From positions 423,338 through 487,337 of the forward strand of contig JBDHAB010000001.1 of the NCBI GenBank assembly GCA_039588295.1: a DNA stretch of 64,000 nt, written 5' to 3'. Shown piece after piece: positions 52,141 to 62,458 of the stretch. Source of the DNA: Gemmatimonadota bacterium (GTDB lineage: Bacteria; Gemmatimonadota; Gemmatimonadetes; Gemmatimonadales; GWC2-71-9). The notes under the pieces are model-generated. The model ran no database searches. It was not told where the DNA came from and saw only the letters and a list, made by a program, of their open reading frames with translations. Position numbers and translations under genes: made by a program. How positions within the stretch are numbered: position 1 is the first letter of the stretch; the number at the start of each line of letters is the position of its first letter.

Positions 52141-53265
52141 ATGGAAATCAGTCGCCGAGACTTCGTGCGCGCTTCGGCGTTGGCGGCCGGCGGCGCAGTC
52201 GCGGGGGCATGTCTGGGGTCGACGACGGGTCCGTCGGCGACGACCGCACAAGTGGCCGCCGTTCGCGGCACCAACTTGGGCACCATGACCCGCGACGTGT
52301 TGGACGCTCTGGGTGGTATACAGACGGTGGTTCACGAAGGCGAGACCGTGTTCATCAAGCCCAACATGGTCTCACTCCCTGCGGCGGGGTGGAGCAACGT
52401 CTTCGCCGCAGGCGAATGCACCAAACCGGAGATCCTCATCGCCGTGGCTGAAGCGTGTCTCGAGGCGGGGGCCGCCGAGGTGACCATCGGCGATGGGTCC
52501 CACCAACCGTCGCTGAACTGGGAGCATGCGACGACCCTCGACGGGTCCAAGAACCTGGCGGGCGAAGCGGCGCGTCTCAGTTCGGCGTACGGCCGCCCGG
52601 TAAGGGTCGCGTCGCTGGAGGTGGATTCACCTGCGTGGGTGGAGGTTCCCTCCGGTACGTATCTCGGCACGATTGCGGTTTCGAGCCTGGTCGCCCGCGC
52701 AGACCGTGTGATCTCCGTCCCCGTGGCCAAGACGCATTCCTGGGCGCAGCTCACGTTGTCACTCAAGAACTTCATCGGCGTCACCCCGCTCGAGCGCTAC
52801 GGCGACATTCCGAACGGGATCATGGATCGCGGGGTCGTACTCGACCATAGCAGCCCGCGTGCGATCGCGGCCATCTATCTCGACATCGTGCAAGGTGTCC
52901 AGCCGGATCTCGCGATCGTCGATTTCTCGATCGGCGTCGAAGGTGATGGCCCGAACCTGCATCACGGGGGACGGACCGTGGACATGCGGGACCGGCTCGG
53001 ATCCTGGTTGCTTCTCGCCAGCACCGACCTGGTCGCCACCGATGCGACCGCTGCCCGGATCATGAGCCACGATCCGGCCCGGATGGCCCAACTCGCTATG
53101 GGATATGAGATGGGGATGGGTGAGATCCACGAGGACCGTATCGGGTTGCTTGGTGAAAGGCTTGATGACCTGCGTGTTTCGTGGTCCGCTGCGGACTTGA
53201 GAAATCAGTCAGTGTCGAGCCGCGGCGGCTGTCCAGCGTACTCGTGCATTCCGCGTCCGAGCTGA
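52141..53265 (+). CDS. Tat-exported DUF362 domain protein
   Basis: SRRDFV twin-arginine motif; IKPN, PVAKTH, TLSLKN, D.VATD. Confidence 0.88.
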   Translation: MEISRRDFVRASALAAGGAVAGACLGSTTGPSATTAQVAAVRGTNLGTMTRDVLDALGGIQTVVHEGETVFIKPNMVSLPAAGWSNVFAAGECTKPEILIAVAEACLEAGAAEVTIGDGSHQPSLNWEHATTLDGSKNLAGEAARLSSAYGRPVRVASLEVDSPAWVEVPSGTYLGTIAVSSLVARADRVISVPVAKTHSWAQLTLSLKNFIGVTPLERYGDIPNGIMDRGVVLDHSSPRAIAAIYLDIVQGVQPDLAIVDFSIGVEGDGPNLHHGGRTVDMRDRLGSWLLLASTDLVATDATAARIMSHDPARMAQLAMGYEMGMGEIHEDRIGLLGERLDDLRVSWSAADLRNQSVSSRGGCPAYSCIPRPS

Positions 53266-53356
53266 TAGTCACTGCGCAGAGTTGTTCCAATTCCGGTCTC
53301 GTGAGAATCGTCCAGAGGAGGGCTGCGCGCTCGCTTCGCTGACCGCTCCACGCGAA

Positions 53357-53463
53357 GAAGCTCATTCTGTGCGTTAGGACGCTCGTTCTCGGCGTCCAGC
53401 AGCTGATTCTCGGCGAGCATGAAGCTCATTTTCGTCGTGCAGAAGCGTATTCCTGGCGTGCAG
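53357..53463. repeat. Degenerate 21-bp tandem repeat, about 5 units
   Basis: Minus strand units such as CTGCACGACGAAAATGAGCTT and CTGGACGCCGAGAACGAGCGT; one unit is 22 bp. Confidence 0.55.
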
Positions 53464-53620
53464 AATGTCGGCCGGAGTTCCCGTAACCATTGTCACGACA
53501 AACAGTTAGATCCGCGCACCTCGGCTCCACGGGCCTGCCTGAAGCGACACTGCCCCAGGACGGACACGTGGGAGATCGGGAAAGACAGCCGGCGCAGCGT
53601 TGGTGCAGCCTCACTCGCCT

Positions 53621-53872
53621 CGGAGTAGGCTTCCCCTGCCACGGAGTAAGCTTCCCCTGCCACGGAGTAAGCTTCCCCTGCCACGGAGTAAGCCTCCCCC
53701 GCCACGGAGTAAGCTTCCCCTGGCTCGGAGTAGGCTTCCCCCGCCACGGAGTAAGCCTCCCCTGGCTCGGAGTAGGCTTCCCCTGCCACGGAGTAAGCTT
53801 CCCCTGCCTCGGAGTAAGCTTCCCCTGGCACCGAGTAAGCTTCCCCTGCCATGGAGTAAGCATTCCCAGGGA
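53621..53872. repeat. 21-bp tandem repeat, 12 copies
   Basis: Consensus cggagtaagcttcccctgcca with no spacers. Confidence 0.95.
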
Positions 53873-53883
53873 GCGCGGCCCTG

Positions 53884-53947
53884 CAGGACCCGGATCCAGT
53901 TCGCGCACTCCTCCGAGCTTGATACATTAGTGGTTCAATTCCCCTAA
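53884..53947 (+). pseudogene. Orphan 3' end homologous to the 40104-42703 gene
   Basis: RTRIQFAHSSELDTLVVQFP* versus RTRIQLTHSSQLDTLLVQF*; 48 of 58 nt identical to 42643-42700. Confidence 0.85.
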
Positions 53948-53990
53948 ACCTGATGGGTGGATCCCCCAATCCCGGTCCCCGACCGGCACA

Positions 53991-55625
53991 ATGATGGAGA
54001 CTGCTCTCTTGTCCAATCGCGACCGACACGAATGGTGGCAGACCGCAGTCGTGTATCAGGTCTACGTCCGAAGCTTCAAGGACACCACCGGCAACGGCGT
54101 CGGAGATCTGCAGGGCATCATTGACAAGATGGACTACTTCAGCGACACGCTCGGTGTCGACGCGATTTGGATCAGTCCGTTCTATCCTTCGCCGATGGCT
54201 GACTTCGGGTACGATGTGTCGGACTATTGCGACGTGCATCCACTGTTCGGCGATCTTGCGACGTTCGATCGGCTCGTGACACGCGCGCACGACCTCGGTC
54301 TCAGAGTGATCATCGACTTCGTGCCCAACCACTCATCCGATCAGCATTCCTGGTTCATCGAGTCACGAAGCTCTCGCGCCAACCAGCGCCGCGACTGGTA
54401 CGTGTGGCGCGATCCCAAGCCCGACGGCTCGCCACCCAACAACTGGCTCAGCGTGTTTGGTGGCTCAGCCTGGGAGCTGGACGAGCGGACGGGTCAGTAC
54501 TACCTGCATTCGTTCCTGAAAGAGCAGCCCGATCTGAATTGGCAAAACCCCACGCTCAAGGCGGCCATGTTGGACAACATGCGCTTCTGGCTCGATCGCG
54601 GCGTGGACGGATTCCGCCTCGATGCGGTGCTGTTCATGATGAAGGACCCCCACGAGCGGGACAATCCGCTGAACCGCGACGGCTCGCTCCACATGCACAA
54701 GTCGTTGGGGGCGTACGAGTCCCAAGTGCACGTGCATGACCAAGGACACGCAGACGTGCACCAGGTGTTTCGCCACATGCGCGCACTGCTGGACGAGTTT
54801 GAGCCGGCGCGGATGGCGCTGGCGGAGATGCACGTGTTCGACTGGGAACGATTGGCGTCGTACTACGGCGAGGATCTCGACGGCGTGCACATGCCGGCCA
54901 ACTTCGGGCTGCTGAAGGTGCCGTGGACCACGTCCGGCGTGCGAGAGGCCGTGGACGGCATCGAGGCTGCGTTGCCCCGGGGCGCGTGGCCCAACTACGT
55001 GCTCGGGAGTCACGACGACCAACGGCTGGCCACCAGACTCGGAGAGCACGGAAGCCGCCAGGCGGCAGTTCTGCTCCTCACGCTGCGCGGATCGCCGACC
55101 CTGTACTACGGCGATGAGCTCGGCATGCGTGAAGCCGAGGTTCCGGCACACCAGCAGCAGGATCCTTGGGGCATATCTGAGCCCGGCCTGAGCCGCGATG
55201 GCTGCCGCACGCCGATGCGGTGGTCACCCGACGCAACCGCCGGGTTCACCTCAGCCAGTGACCCTTGGCTGCCCATTGGGAGCGACCATGCGGTCCGGAA
55301 TGTCGAGTCTCAGCTTCAGGACCCTGACTCGCATCTCAACCTGTATCGCCGGTTGCTGTCGCTCAGACGGAACTCGGCAGCTCTTCGAGGCGGAGCGTAC
55401 CGGCCACTGGATCCGGTTCCACCCGAGTGCTTCGCGTTCGAACGCGTCGAGGGGTCGGAGCGCGTCCTTGTTGCGATTAACTACTCGACCGAGCCGGTCT
55501 CCGTAGACACAGCGGGATTCACCGGCCGGATCGCCGTGTCCACAGAGCGCGTGAACGAAGGCAGCGAGGTCACGGGGGCGCTCCAGCTGCTGCCACACGA
55601 GGCCGTCGTGGTAGTCGAGGAATAG
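53991..55625 (+). CDS. GH13 alpha-glucosidase/oligo-1,6-glucosidase
   Basis: YQVYVRSF, DFGYDVSDY, VPNH, DGFRLDA, AEM, SHD, RDGCRTPM. Confidence 0.93.
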   Translation: MMETALLSNRDRHEWWQTAVVYQVYVRSFKDTTGNGVGDLQGIIDKMDYFSDTLGVDAIWISPFYPSPMADFGYDVSDYCDVHPLFGDLATFDRLVTRAHDLGLRVIIDFVPNHSSDQHSWFIESRSSRANQRRDWYVWRDPKPDGSPPNNWLSVFGGSAWELDERTGQYYLHSFLKEQPDLNWQNPTLKAAMLDNMRFWLDRGVDGFRLDAVLFMMKDPHERDNPLNRDGSLHMHKSLGAYESQVHVHDQGHADVHQVFRHMRALLDEFEPARMALAEMHVFDWERLASYYGEDLDGVHMPANFGLLKVPWTTSGVREAVDGIEAALPRGAWPNYVLGSHDDQRLATRLGEHGSRQAAVLLLTLRGSPTLYYGDELGMREAEVPAHQQQDPWGISEPGLSRDGCRTPMRWSPDATAGFTSASDPWLPIGSDHAVRNVESQLQDPDSHLNLYRRLLSLRRNSAALRGGAYRPLDPVPPECFAFERVEGSERVLVAINYSTEPVSVDTAGFTGRIAVSTERVNEGSEVTGALQLLPHEAVVVVEE

Positions 55626-55628
55626 ACC

Positions 55629-57614
55629 ATGGCCACTCTGGACGTACTGATCGTTCTGGCGTTTGTCGCCTACGCGGTGTGGCAGGGGTTCTCGGCCAGG
55701 CGTGTCGCCTCGCAGAGTCTGGAGGAGTACTTCCTCGCCGGGCGCAGCCTTTCCGGATGGAAGGCGGGCCTCAGCATGGCGGCGACCCAGTTTGCCGCCG
55801 ACACACCGCTGTTCGTCACCGGGCTGGTAGCGACAGCCGGGATCTTCTATCTCTGGCGACCGTTCTGGATTTTCGCGCTCGCCTTTTTGTTGCTGGGATT
55901 CGTGCTGTCGACCAGCTGGCGCCGAGCGGGCGTGCTCACCGACGCGGAACTCACGGAAATCCGCTACGGCAGTGGGCCGGCCGCAACGCTCCGAGGTCTC
56001 AAAGCCGTCTATTTCGGGGTCGTCATCAACTGCGCCATCCTGGCCATGGTCTTGATCGCCGCGACGCGCATCGCCGAGCCGTTCCTGCTATGGGATCAAT
56101 GGTTGCCGGCGGCAATCTTCGATCGGGTCGTCGATCTGGTCCGCGCCATCGGCGTTCCACTGGTACCGATGAGCGAAACCGCTGACGGCACGTTCATTCT
56201 CGATACGATCAGCTGGGCGTCGGTGCCGTACGACGGCGCCGACGAGATGGTGTGGATCCTCTCCGCTCGCAATCTCATCTCCATTCTCGCCATCGTCGCG
56301 GTGACGACCCTCTACTCCACCACCGGTGGCCTTCGCTCCGTGGTCGCGACCGACATCGTGCAGCTCGGTATCATGTTGTTGGGAACGGTCGTCTTTGCCG
56401 GCTACGTCCTTTCCGAAGTCGGTGGCCTTGGCGTCCTCACCGAACGGATTCGAGCGTCTTTTCCACAAGACGGGTCCGCTGGGATTACGGGTAACCAGAT
56501 CCTCGCTTTCACACCGTCTCAGGCGAAGGGCATTTCGCTCGCCGTCATGGCTACCATGCTCGTCCAGTGGCTGGTGCACATGTACGCTGACGGAACCGGC
56601 TACTTGGCCCAACGTACGATGGCGTGTCGCACCGATGCGGACGCGAAGCGCGCGTCCATCATCTTCACGTTCGTCCAAGTGTTGGGTCGCAGCCTCATCT
56701 GGCTCCCGATCGCCCTCGGCGTACTGATCCTGTTCCCGCCCGCCCAAGGACTCGCCGGTGACCTGCTCGCAGCCGATCGCGAAGCCACGTTTGTACGCGG
56801 CATGAGCGATCTCCTGCCTGCGGGTATCCTCGGGCTGCTTCTGACGGGCATGCTCGCTGCGTTGGCCTCCACCGTCGACACGCATCTCAACTGGGGGTCG
56901 TCCTACCTCACCAACGACATCTTCAAGCGCTTCGTGTTTCCACGTCTGCTCAAGAGGGAGCCCCGACCCCGCACACTGGTGTGGGTAGCACGTGGCTCCA
57001 ACCTGTTTATCCTCCTGGTGGCCATGGGAGTCATGACCCAGTTGACTTCGATCCACACCGCGTGGCAGGTGAGCACCCTGCTCGGTGCGGGCATTGGGAT
57101 CGTATTGGTCTTGCGGTGGCTGTGGTGGCGCATGACCGCGTGGGGCGAGATCGCGGCGATCGCGGCGTCCCTCGTGCTTGCACCGATTCTGATCTTCACC
57201 GTCCCCATAGAACACCAAGGGACGCGATTGTTTGCCATGGCCATCGTAGGAACACTGGCTGGCATCGTGGCGTCGTACATCTCAGGACCTGAATCCACTG
57301 AGCGGCTGACGGACTTCTATCGGCGCGCCAATCCACCGGGCTTCTGGGGACCGATTGCCGTCGCCACCGGTGTGGCGCCCAATTACGCATCTCGCAAGCT
57401 CGGTCGGTCGGTCGCCGCCATGCTGCTGTGCGCGACCACCATCTTCTGCTTGCTCACCGGACTCGGCTCCTGGATGGTGGACAGCCCAGCGCCAACGTGG
57501 TTTCCGTGGCGTGGTGTGTGGATCGGACTGCTCCTGATCGTCGGGCTTGCCGTCATCCCGTGGTGGTGGAGGCTGGGCGAACTCGGTACGACGAGCGACA
57601 ACAGTACTGTCTGA
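55629..57614 (+). CDS. Sodium:solute symporter
   Basis: EYFLAGR, ATQFAADTPL, GGLRSVVATD, YLAQR. Confidence 0.92.
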   Translation: MATLDVLIVLAFVAYAVWQGFSARRVASQSLEEYFLAGRSLSGWKAGLSMAATQFAADTPLFVTGLVATAGIFYLWRPFWIFALAFLLLGFVLSTSWRRAGVLTDAELTEIRYGSGPAATLRGLKAVYFGVVINCAILAMVLIAATRIAEPFLLWDQWLPAAIFDRVVDLVRAIGVPLVPMSETADGTFILDTISWASVPYDGADEMVWILSARNLISILAIVAVTTLYSTTGGLRSVVATDIVQLGIMLLGTVVFAGYVLSEVGGLGVLTERIRASFPQDGSAGITGNQILAFTPSQAKGISLAVMATMLVQWLVHMYADGTGYLAQRTMACRTDADAKRASIIFTFVQVLGRSLIWLPIALGVLILFPPAQGLAGDLLAADREATFVRGMSDLLPAGILGLLLTGMLAALASTVDTHLNWGSSYLTNDIFKRFVFPRLLKREPRPRTLVWVARGSNLFILLVAMGVMTQLTSIHTAWQVSTLLGAGIGIVLVLRWLWWRMTAWGEIAAIAASLVLAPILIFTVPIEHQGTRLFAMAIVGTLAGIVASYISGPESTERLTDFYRRANPPGFWGPIAVATGVAPNYASRKLGRSVAAMLLCATTIFCLLTGLGSWMVDSPAPTWFPWRGVWIGLLLIVGLAVIPWWWRLGELGTTSDNSTV

Positions 57615-57633
57615 CCTCCGGTGGGGTCAGACA
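57608..57633. terminator. Hairpin between convergent genes
   Basis: TGTCTGACC/GGTCAGACA perfect 9-bp stem; no U-tract. Confidence 0.5.
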
Positions 57634-57634
57634 A

Positions 57635-58513
57635 TCACAAGCCGATCCCTGCGAGTTCCTCGGACGAAAGCACCGGCATGGCGCCCTGCTTCGTCGCCAC
57701 CAGCGCCGCATAGCGATTTGCCACATGCAGGGTCTCGTCCGGCGCGGCGTGGCGAACGAGCTGATGGGTCATCGCGGCGGTGAATGCATCGCCCGCGCCC
57801 ACCGCATCACCTGCGGACGTATCGACCTCAATGCCGGGCACGGAGACGTTTTCGTCCGATGTGGTGATCGAGGCACCATGTTCGCCGCGTGTCACGCACA
57901 CGGCCTGCACCCCGACGCTTTCGACAAGCCACTGGACGAGAGACGGTCTGTCCAGCAGAGTCGATACCTCAGCTACCTCCCACTCGCTCATCTTGACCAC
58001 GTCAGCTGCAAGAAAGGTGGCAAGGATGACCTCCGGGTCGATGAATAGAGGACGGAGGTTCACGTCGAACACGACCAGGGCGTGATCGGGAGCGTCTGAC
58101 ACAAGCTTTCGAATGGCCGCACGGCTCGTCTTGCAGCGCTGTGCCAGCGAGCCGACACAGATGGCATCTGCCTCCACGGCAAGCACCCGCGCCGCCTCGT
58201 CCGCAGCGATGCAATCCCACGCGACGTCTTTGGTGATCTCGTACCAAGGACTGCTGTGTGAGAACTTTACCACCACAGTGCCAGTGGGCTGCGCGATGTC
58301 ACGCTGCACGAAACCGGTGTCGACACCTCGCTGCCGAAGGTACGCGACGAGCTCATCGCCGTCAGCGTCGTTGCCGACACGCGTGATGATGACACCTCGA
58401 TCGCCGAGCTGGGCCGCATGGAACGCGACGTTGCACGGTGCACCGCCCGGTCGCCGTTGATCCGGAAATACGTCCCACAGCGCCTCCCCAATCGCGACGA
58501 TCGTCTTGGTCAT
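57635..58513 (-). CDS. PfkB carbohydrate kinase (fructokinase-like)
   Basis: IGEALWD, GGAPCNVA, FDVNLRP, DAVGAGDAF. Confidence 0.92.
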   Translation of the reverse strand: MTKTIVAIGEALWDVFPDQRRPGGAPCNVAFHAAQLGDRGVIITRVGNDADGDELVAYLRQRGVDTGFVQRDIAQPTGTVVVKFSHSSPWYEITKDVAWDCIAADEAARVLAVEADAICVGSLAQRCKTSRAAIRKLVSDAPDHALVVFDVNLRPLFIDPEVILATFLAADVVKMSEWEVAEVSTLLDRPSLVQWLVESVGVQAVCVTRGEHGASITTSDENVSVPGIEVDTSAGDAVGAGDAFTAAMTHQLVRHAAPDETLHVANRYAALVATKQGAMPVLSSEELAGIGL

Positions 58514-58546
58514 TGCTGGCTACGTGTGTCCGCCGTCACTCCACCT

Positions 58547-60208
58547 TTACCACCATGCGATCACGAAGAGGGTGATCAGCATCAACATGGCCACGGATTG
58601 GTATCTGTAGTTCTTGTACCATGGGAGCTGCGCGAGTGCCGGACCCTCTTCCGCCAGCAGGCTGGGCGACCAGGTCAACGTGCGAACGACCTCCTCAGAA
58701 GGCTTTGCGGTAGCGAGGCTCACGACCGCGAGAGCGGCGAGTGCGATCACGAGCAGGATCGGCGCGAGATAGAGAAAGTGTATGACCGGCGTGCCCGCCG
58801 CGACCATCTGCACTTGTTCTGGCGTCAGGGCGTGTGTCTGGATGATGATCGAGCCCGACAGCGCGAGGCCGAAGAAGACCGCCGCCGCCACGTGTCCGAC
58901 TACGAGTGCCGCCAACGCGCCATGCCCGTTCGCACGTTTCCAGAACACCCCGGCGAAGAAGCACGCGACAATCGGCGGTGCCAGGTAAGCCAGCATCTGC
59001 TGCAGGTAGGTCCAGATGTTCGGGAACTTGACGATCTGCGGCGCCCAGAGAATCGCCAGCGTCATGAACGCGAAGGTCACGATTCGGCCGGCAATGACGA
59101 GAGCGCGGTTCGAAGCCTTCGGCTTGAACTTCTTGATGAAGTCCATGGTGACCAACGTGGAGGCGGAATTGAGCGTCGAGTCGACGCTCGACATGATCGC
59201 CGCCACTAGTGCCGTGATGATGAGCCCGCGGACGCCTACCGGGAGCAGATCGAACATGAGCGTTGGAAAGATGAGATCCGGATTCTCCGCCAGCGCCGGA
59301 TAGTCGGCAGCGGGGTACAGCAGCCGGCCAAATATGCCCGGCAACACCATGAGGAAGATGACGGGGAGCTTGAGCAGGCCCGCGAAGAGCGCACCCCAGC
59401 GGCCGTGATCGAGATCCTTTGCCCCGAGCGCCCGCTGCACCATGAACTGGTTGGTGGCCCAGAAATAGAACCCCAGGAGAAAGACACCGGTGACCAGTCC
59501 TGGCCACGGCATGACTGGGTCCGATGCCGGGCGAACGATCGACAGGTCGCTTGCCGGAACACTGGCCACGACGGCCGACCAGGAGCCTCCGATGGCATTG
59601 AACGACAGCGCGGCGACGAGTCCGGCGCCGATCAGCAGCAGCACGGCCTGCACCGTGTCGGTGTAGACAACCGCCTTGAGTCCTCCCGCGATCGTGTAGA
59701 CACCGGCCACGATGCCAAGCACGACCACCGACAGCCACATCGGAACCTCAGGATAGATGATCTGGACGACCAGAGATCCCGCATACAGGGCGGCGGCCGT
59801 GTCGATCGTGATGTTCATCAGCACCAGCAGCGCCGAGAAGTAGTAGCGGGATCGTTGGTCGAAGCGTCGCTCCAGAAACTCCGGCATTGTGTACACGCGG
59901 GTCTTCAGATAGAACGGGAGGAAGAAGACCAGAAACACGATCAAGACGAGGGCCGCCATCCATTCGTAGTTGTAGACGGAGATGCCCGTGCTGAAAGCGG
60001 CGGACGACAATCCCACGAGCGTACTGGACGAGACGTTGGAAGCGAACAGCGAGAATCCGATGAGCCACCAAGTCAGCGTACGGCCGGCAAGGAAGTAGTC
60101 ATCGGTGGTCTTGGTTCGTCTCGCGAAGTATAAGCCGAGGGTAACGATGAACACGACGTAAACCAGCACCATCACCAGGTCTGGAGCCGCAAGCTCAAAT
60201 TGGGGCAT
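58547..60208 (-). CDS. Sodium:sugar symporter (SGLT-like)
   Basis: DYFLAGR, SLFASN, YTMPEFLERRF, NQFMVQRAL. Confidence 0.93.
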   Translation of the reverse strand: MPQFELAAPDLVMVLVYVVFIVTLGLYFARRTKTTDDYFLAGRTLTWWLIGFSLFASNVSSSTLVGLSSAAFSTGISVYNYEWMAALVLIVFLVFFLPFYLKTRVYTMPEFLERRFDQRSRYYFSALLVLMNITIDTAAALYAGSLVVQIIYPEVPMWLSVVVLGIVAGVYTIAGGLKAVVYTDTVQAVLLLIGAGLVAALSFNAIGGSWSAVVASVPASDLSIVRPASDPVMPWPGLVTGVFLLGFYFWATNQFMVQRALGAKDLDHGRWGALFAGLLKLPVIFLMVLPGIFGRLLYPAADYPALAENPDLIFPTLMFDLLPVGVRGLIITALVAAIMSSVDSTLNSASTLVTMDFIKKFKPKASNRALVIAGRIVTFAFMTLAILWAPQIVKFPNIWTYLQQMLAYLAPPIVACFFAGVFWKRANGHGALAALVVGHVAAAVFFGLALSGSIIIQTHALTPEQVQMVAAGTPVIHFLYLAPILLVIALAALAVVSLATAKPSEEVVRTLTWSPSLLAEEGPALAQLPWYKNYRYQSVAMLMLITLFVIAWW

Positions 60209-60231
60209 GCTTACCTCTTGTACCGGGTCAT

Positions 60232-61185
60232 CTACTCGTTGGCATGCGAATCATGTTCGTCGAGCCAGGCGAGCAACTCCGAGAGTCGGCCCGTGGCCAG
60301 CCCGATGCTCGTGTCGGCAGCCCCGTAGTAGAGGCGTATCTCGTCATGCACCAGGGTCCAGCCGCAAGGGAAGACGACATCTGCCACGTCGCCGAATCGC
60401 TCGTATGGCTCACGGGGAGAGAAGAGCCACTCGCGCGATCGCTTCAGCACGCGACGTGGGTTCTCGAGATCGAGCAGCGCGAGTCCCAAGCGATAGATGG
60501 ATCCCGACGCCGTGGTCCGGACACCGTGATACAGAATGAGCCATCCGTGATCCGTCTCGAGCGGTGGCGGCGAGAGTCCGATCTTGTGCGCGTCCCACCA
60601 CGCTCCCTCGCGGGCTCTGAGGAGAACCCGATGATCTCCCCAGTGCCTCAGGTCCGGCGAGAACGATATCCACATATGGGCGCCCAAGTTCCCACCTCCC
60701 GGGACGGGACGATGAATCAGCGCCCAGCGCCCAGCGAATTTGACGGGGAAAAGCGCGGCGTCCTTGTTTTCGGGTGGCATCACCGCACCGAGTCGCTCGA
60801 ACGTCGCAAAATCCTCGGTGGTGGCCAGCGAGACGAGGGGGCCATCCCTGGAGTAGGCCGTGTACGCCACGATCCACTGCTGTTCCTCCTCGATAAACGT
60901 GACCCGTGGATCTTCAATTCCCCAGATCTCCTCGGGGTGTGTATCAGGCTTCCCGACGAGAGTCGGAGCTGCGTCGATCCGCCATCCAGCTACACCGTCC
61001 GAGCTGCGTGCTACCGTGAGGTGAGACAGCCCGCGCCCGTCTTCCACCCGCATCAGCAGGGTTGTCTCGCCGTCGCATATTGTCGCGGCCGGGTTGAATA
61101 CGCTGTTGGCAGCATACGGTAGGTCGGCGGCAGTGATAATGGGGTTAGCCGGATGGCGCGTGAGCAACTCTGTGGGTGGGGTCAT
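60232..61185 (-). CDS. GH130-like glycosidase/phosphorylase
   Basis: SVFNPAA, GIEDPRVT, NKDAALFP, LYHGV, VVFPCG, YYGAAD. Confidence 0.9.
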   Translation of the reverse strand: MTPPTELLTRHPANPIITAADLPYAANSVFNPAATICDGETTLLMRVEDGRGLSHLTVARSSDGVAGWRIDAAPTLVGKPDTHPEEIWGIEDPRVTFIEEEQQWIVAYTAYSRDGPLVSLATTEDFATFERLGAVMPPENKDAALFPVKFAGRWALIHRPVPGGGNLGAHMWISFSPDLRHWGDHRVLLRAREGAWWDAHKIGLSPPPLETDHGWLILYHGVRTTASGSIYRLGLALLDLENPRRVLKRSREWLFSPREPYERFGDVADVVFPCGWTLVHDEIRLYYGAADTSIGLATGRLSELLAWLDEHDSHANE

Positions 61186-61350
61186 CGTCGTTCCGGTATT
61201 TCTCGTTGCGATGAGGCGTCTCCGCAGCGGTCTTGCCCACGGAACCGTCCTTCGTTGTTCGAGTTGCGGTTTGGGTCTGGCTAGATTTAGCTCCTCGCTC
61301 CACCCCGCGGAAGTGGACAATCATGCGCACCCGTTCAGGAGGTCTGCGTC

Positions 61351-62232
61351 GTGACACTCGTGCAAGAAGTCCTCGAATGGCAGCTGTTCACGCTGAGTGG
61401 CACACCGATCACGGTTGGCACACTGCTGACGGCTGTCGTACTCGTCCTGGTCAGCTATGTCATATCCCGTGTCGTTCAGCACGTCATTTCCCGCGCCCTC
61501 GAAGGCCGGCAGGTCGCGGACCGGGGAACGCTGCATGTGGTACGGCGGCTGGTTCATTACCTCGTCATGCTGGTGGGCATCGGTGTGGCGCTGGATACGC
61601 TCGGGATCCAGCTAGCCACGTTGTTCGCCGCTGGCGCGATCTTCGCGGTGGGGATTGGATTTGCCATGCAGAACATCGCGCAGAACTTCGTCTCAGGTGT
61701 CATCCTCCTGATCGAACGAAGCATCAAGCCAGGGGACGTGCTCGAAGTGGAGAAGACCGTGGTTCGGGTCATGCAGATGGGCATCCGTAGTACGCTGGCC
61801 CGAACACGGGATGAGGAAGAACTGATCATTCCCAACTCGGTCTTGGTACAGTCGACCGTGAAGAATTACACACTGCGCGATTCACTGTATCGCCTGCGTG
61901 TCCCCGTTGGAGTCGTGTATGGGTCCGATATGGCGTCGGTGTTCAAGACGCTGAAAGCGGTTGCGGATCGACAGGACTGGCGACACCATGAGAAAGAGCC
62001 ACTCGTGCTGCTGACCGCGTTCGGCGACTCGTCGGTTGATTTCGAAGTGTCTGTGTGGATCACCGACCCATGGTTTGCGCGACAAGCCATATCGAAGCTC
62101 CACGACGCCATTTGGTGGGCACTCAAGGAGGTCGGTGTGACGATCGCCTTTCCGCAGCTCGACGTACACCTCGATCCGCCGGTCGTGGAATCCATGCGGC
62201 GGTTGGGATCGCCGGCGCCTGCGACGAACTAG
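61351..62232 (+). CDS. MscS family mechanosensitive channel
   Basis: GIGFAMQNIAQNFVSG, GD, IIPNS, FGDSSV, IAFPQ. Confidence 0.92.
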   Translation: MTLVQEVLEWQLFTLSGTPITVGTLLTAVVLVLVSYVISRVVQHVISRALEGRQVADRGTLHVVRRLVHYLVMLVGIGVALDTLGIQLATLFAAGAIFAVGIGFAMQNIAQNFVSGVILLIERSIKPGDVLEVEKTVVRVMQMGIRSTLARTRDEEELIIPNSVLVQSTVKNYTLRDSLYRLRVPVGVVYGSDMASVFKTLKAVADRQDWRHHEKEPLVLLTAFGDSSVDFEVSVWITDPWFARQAISKLHDAIWWALKEVGVTIAFPQLDVHLDPPVVESMRRLGSPAPATN

Positions 62233-62458
62233 CTCCGTCGGGTGCCGCGGCGCGTTGGAATCAGGTCGCGAGATTCCGGTTCTGCAAGTCTCGGCCGATT
62301 ACGTGGCTCATGGGATACTCGATGCCGTCGTCGACAGCTACTTTGCAGGGGGTGGATTGGCTCGGCAAGGCAGGCCGGCGATGGAGACGACGAGGACGAC
62401 GTGGGCTGTCGAGCGACCGATTCGGAGCCAGTAATCGCGGGGACATGGAGCCTGGGTC

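Noticed and set aside
53621..53872. CRISPR array
   Set aside because: Units are directly adjacent with no unique spacers, and no cas genes are present
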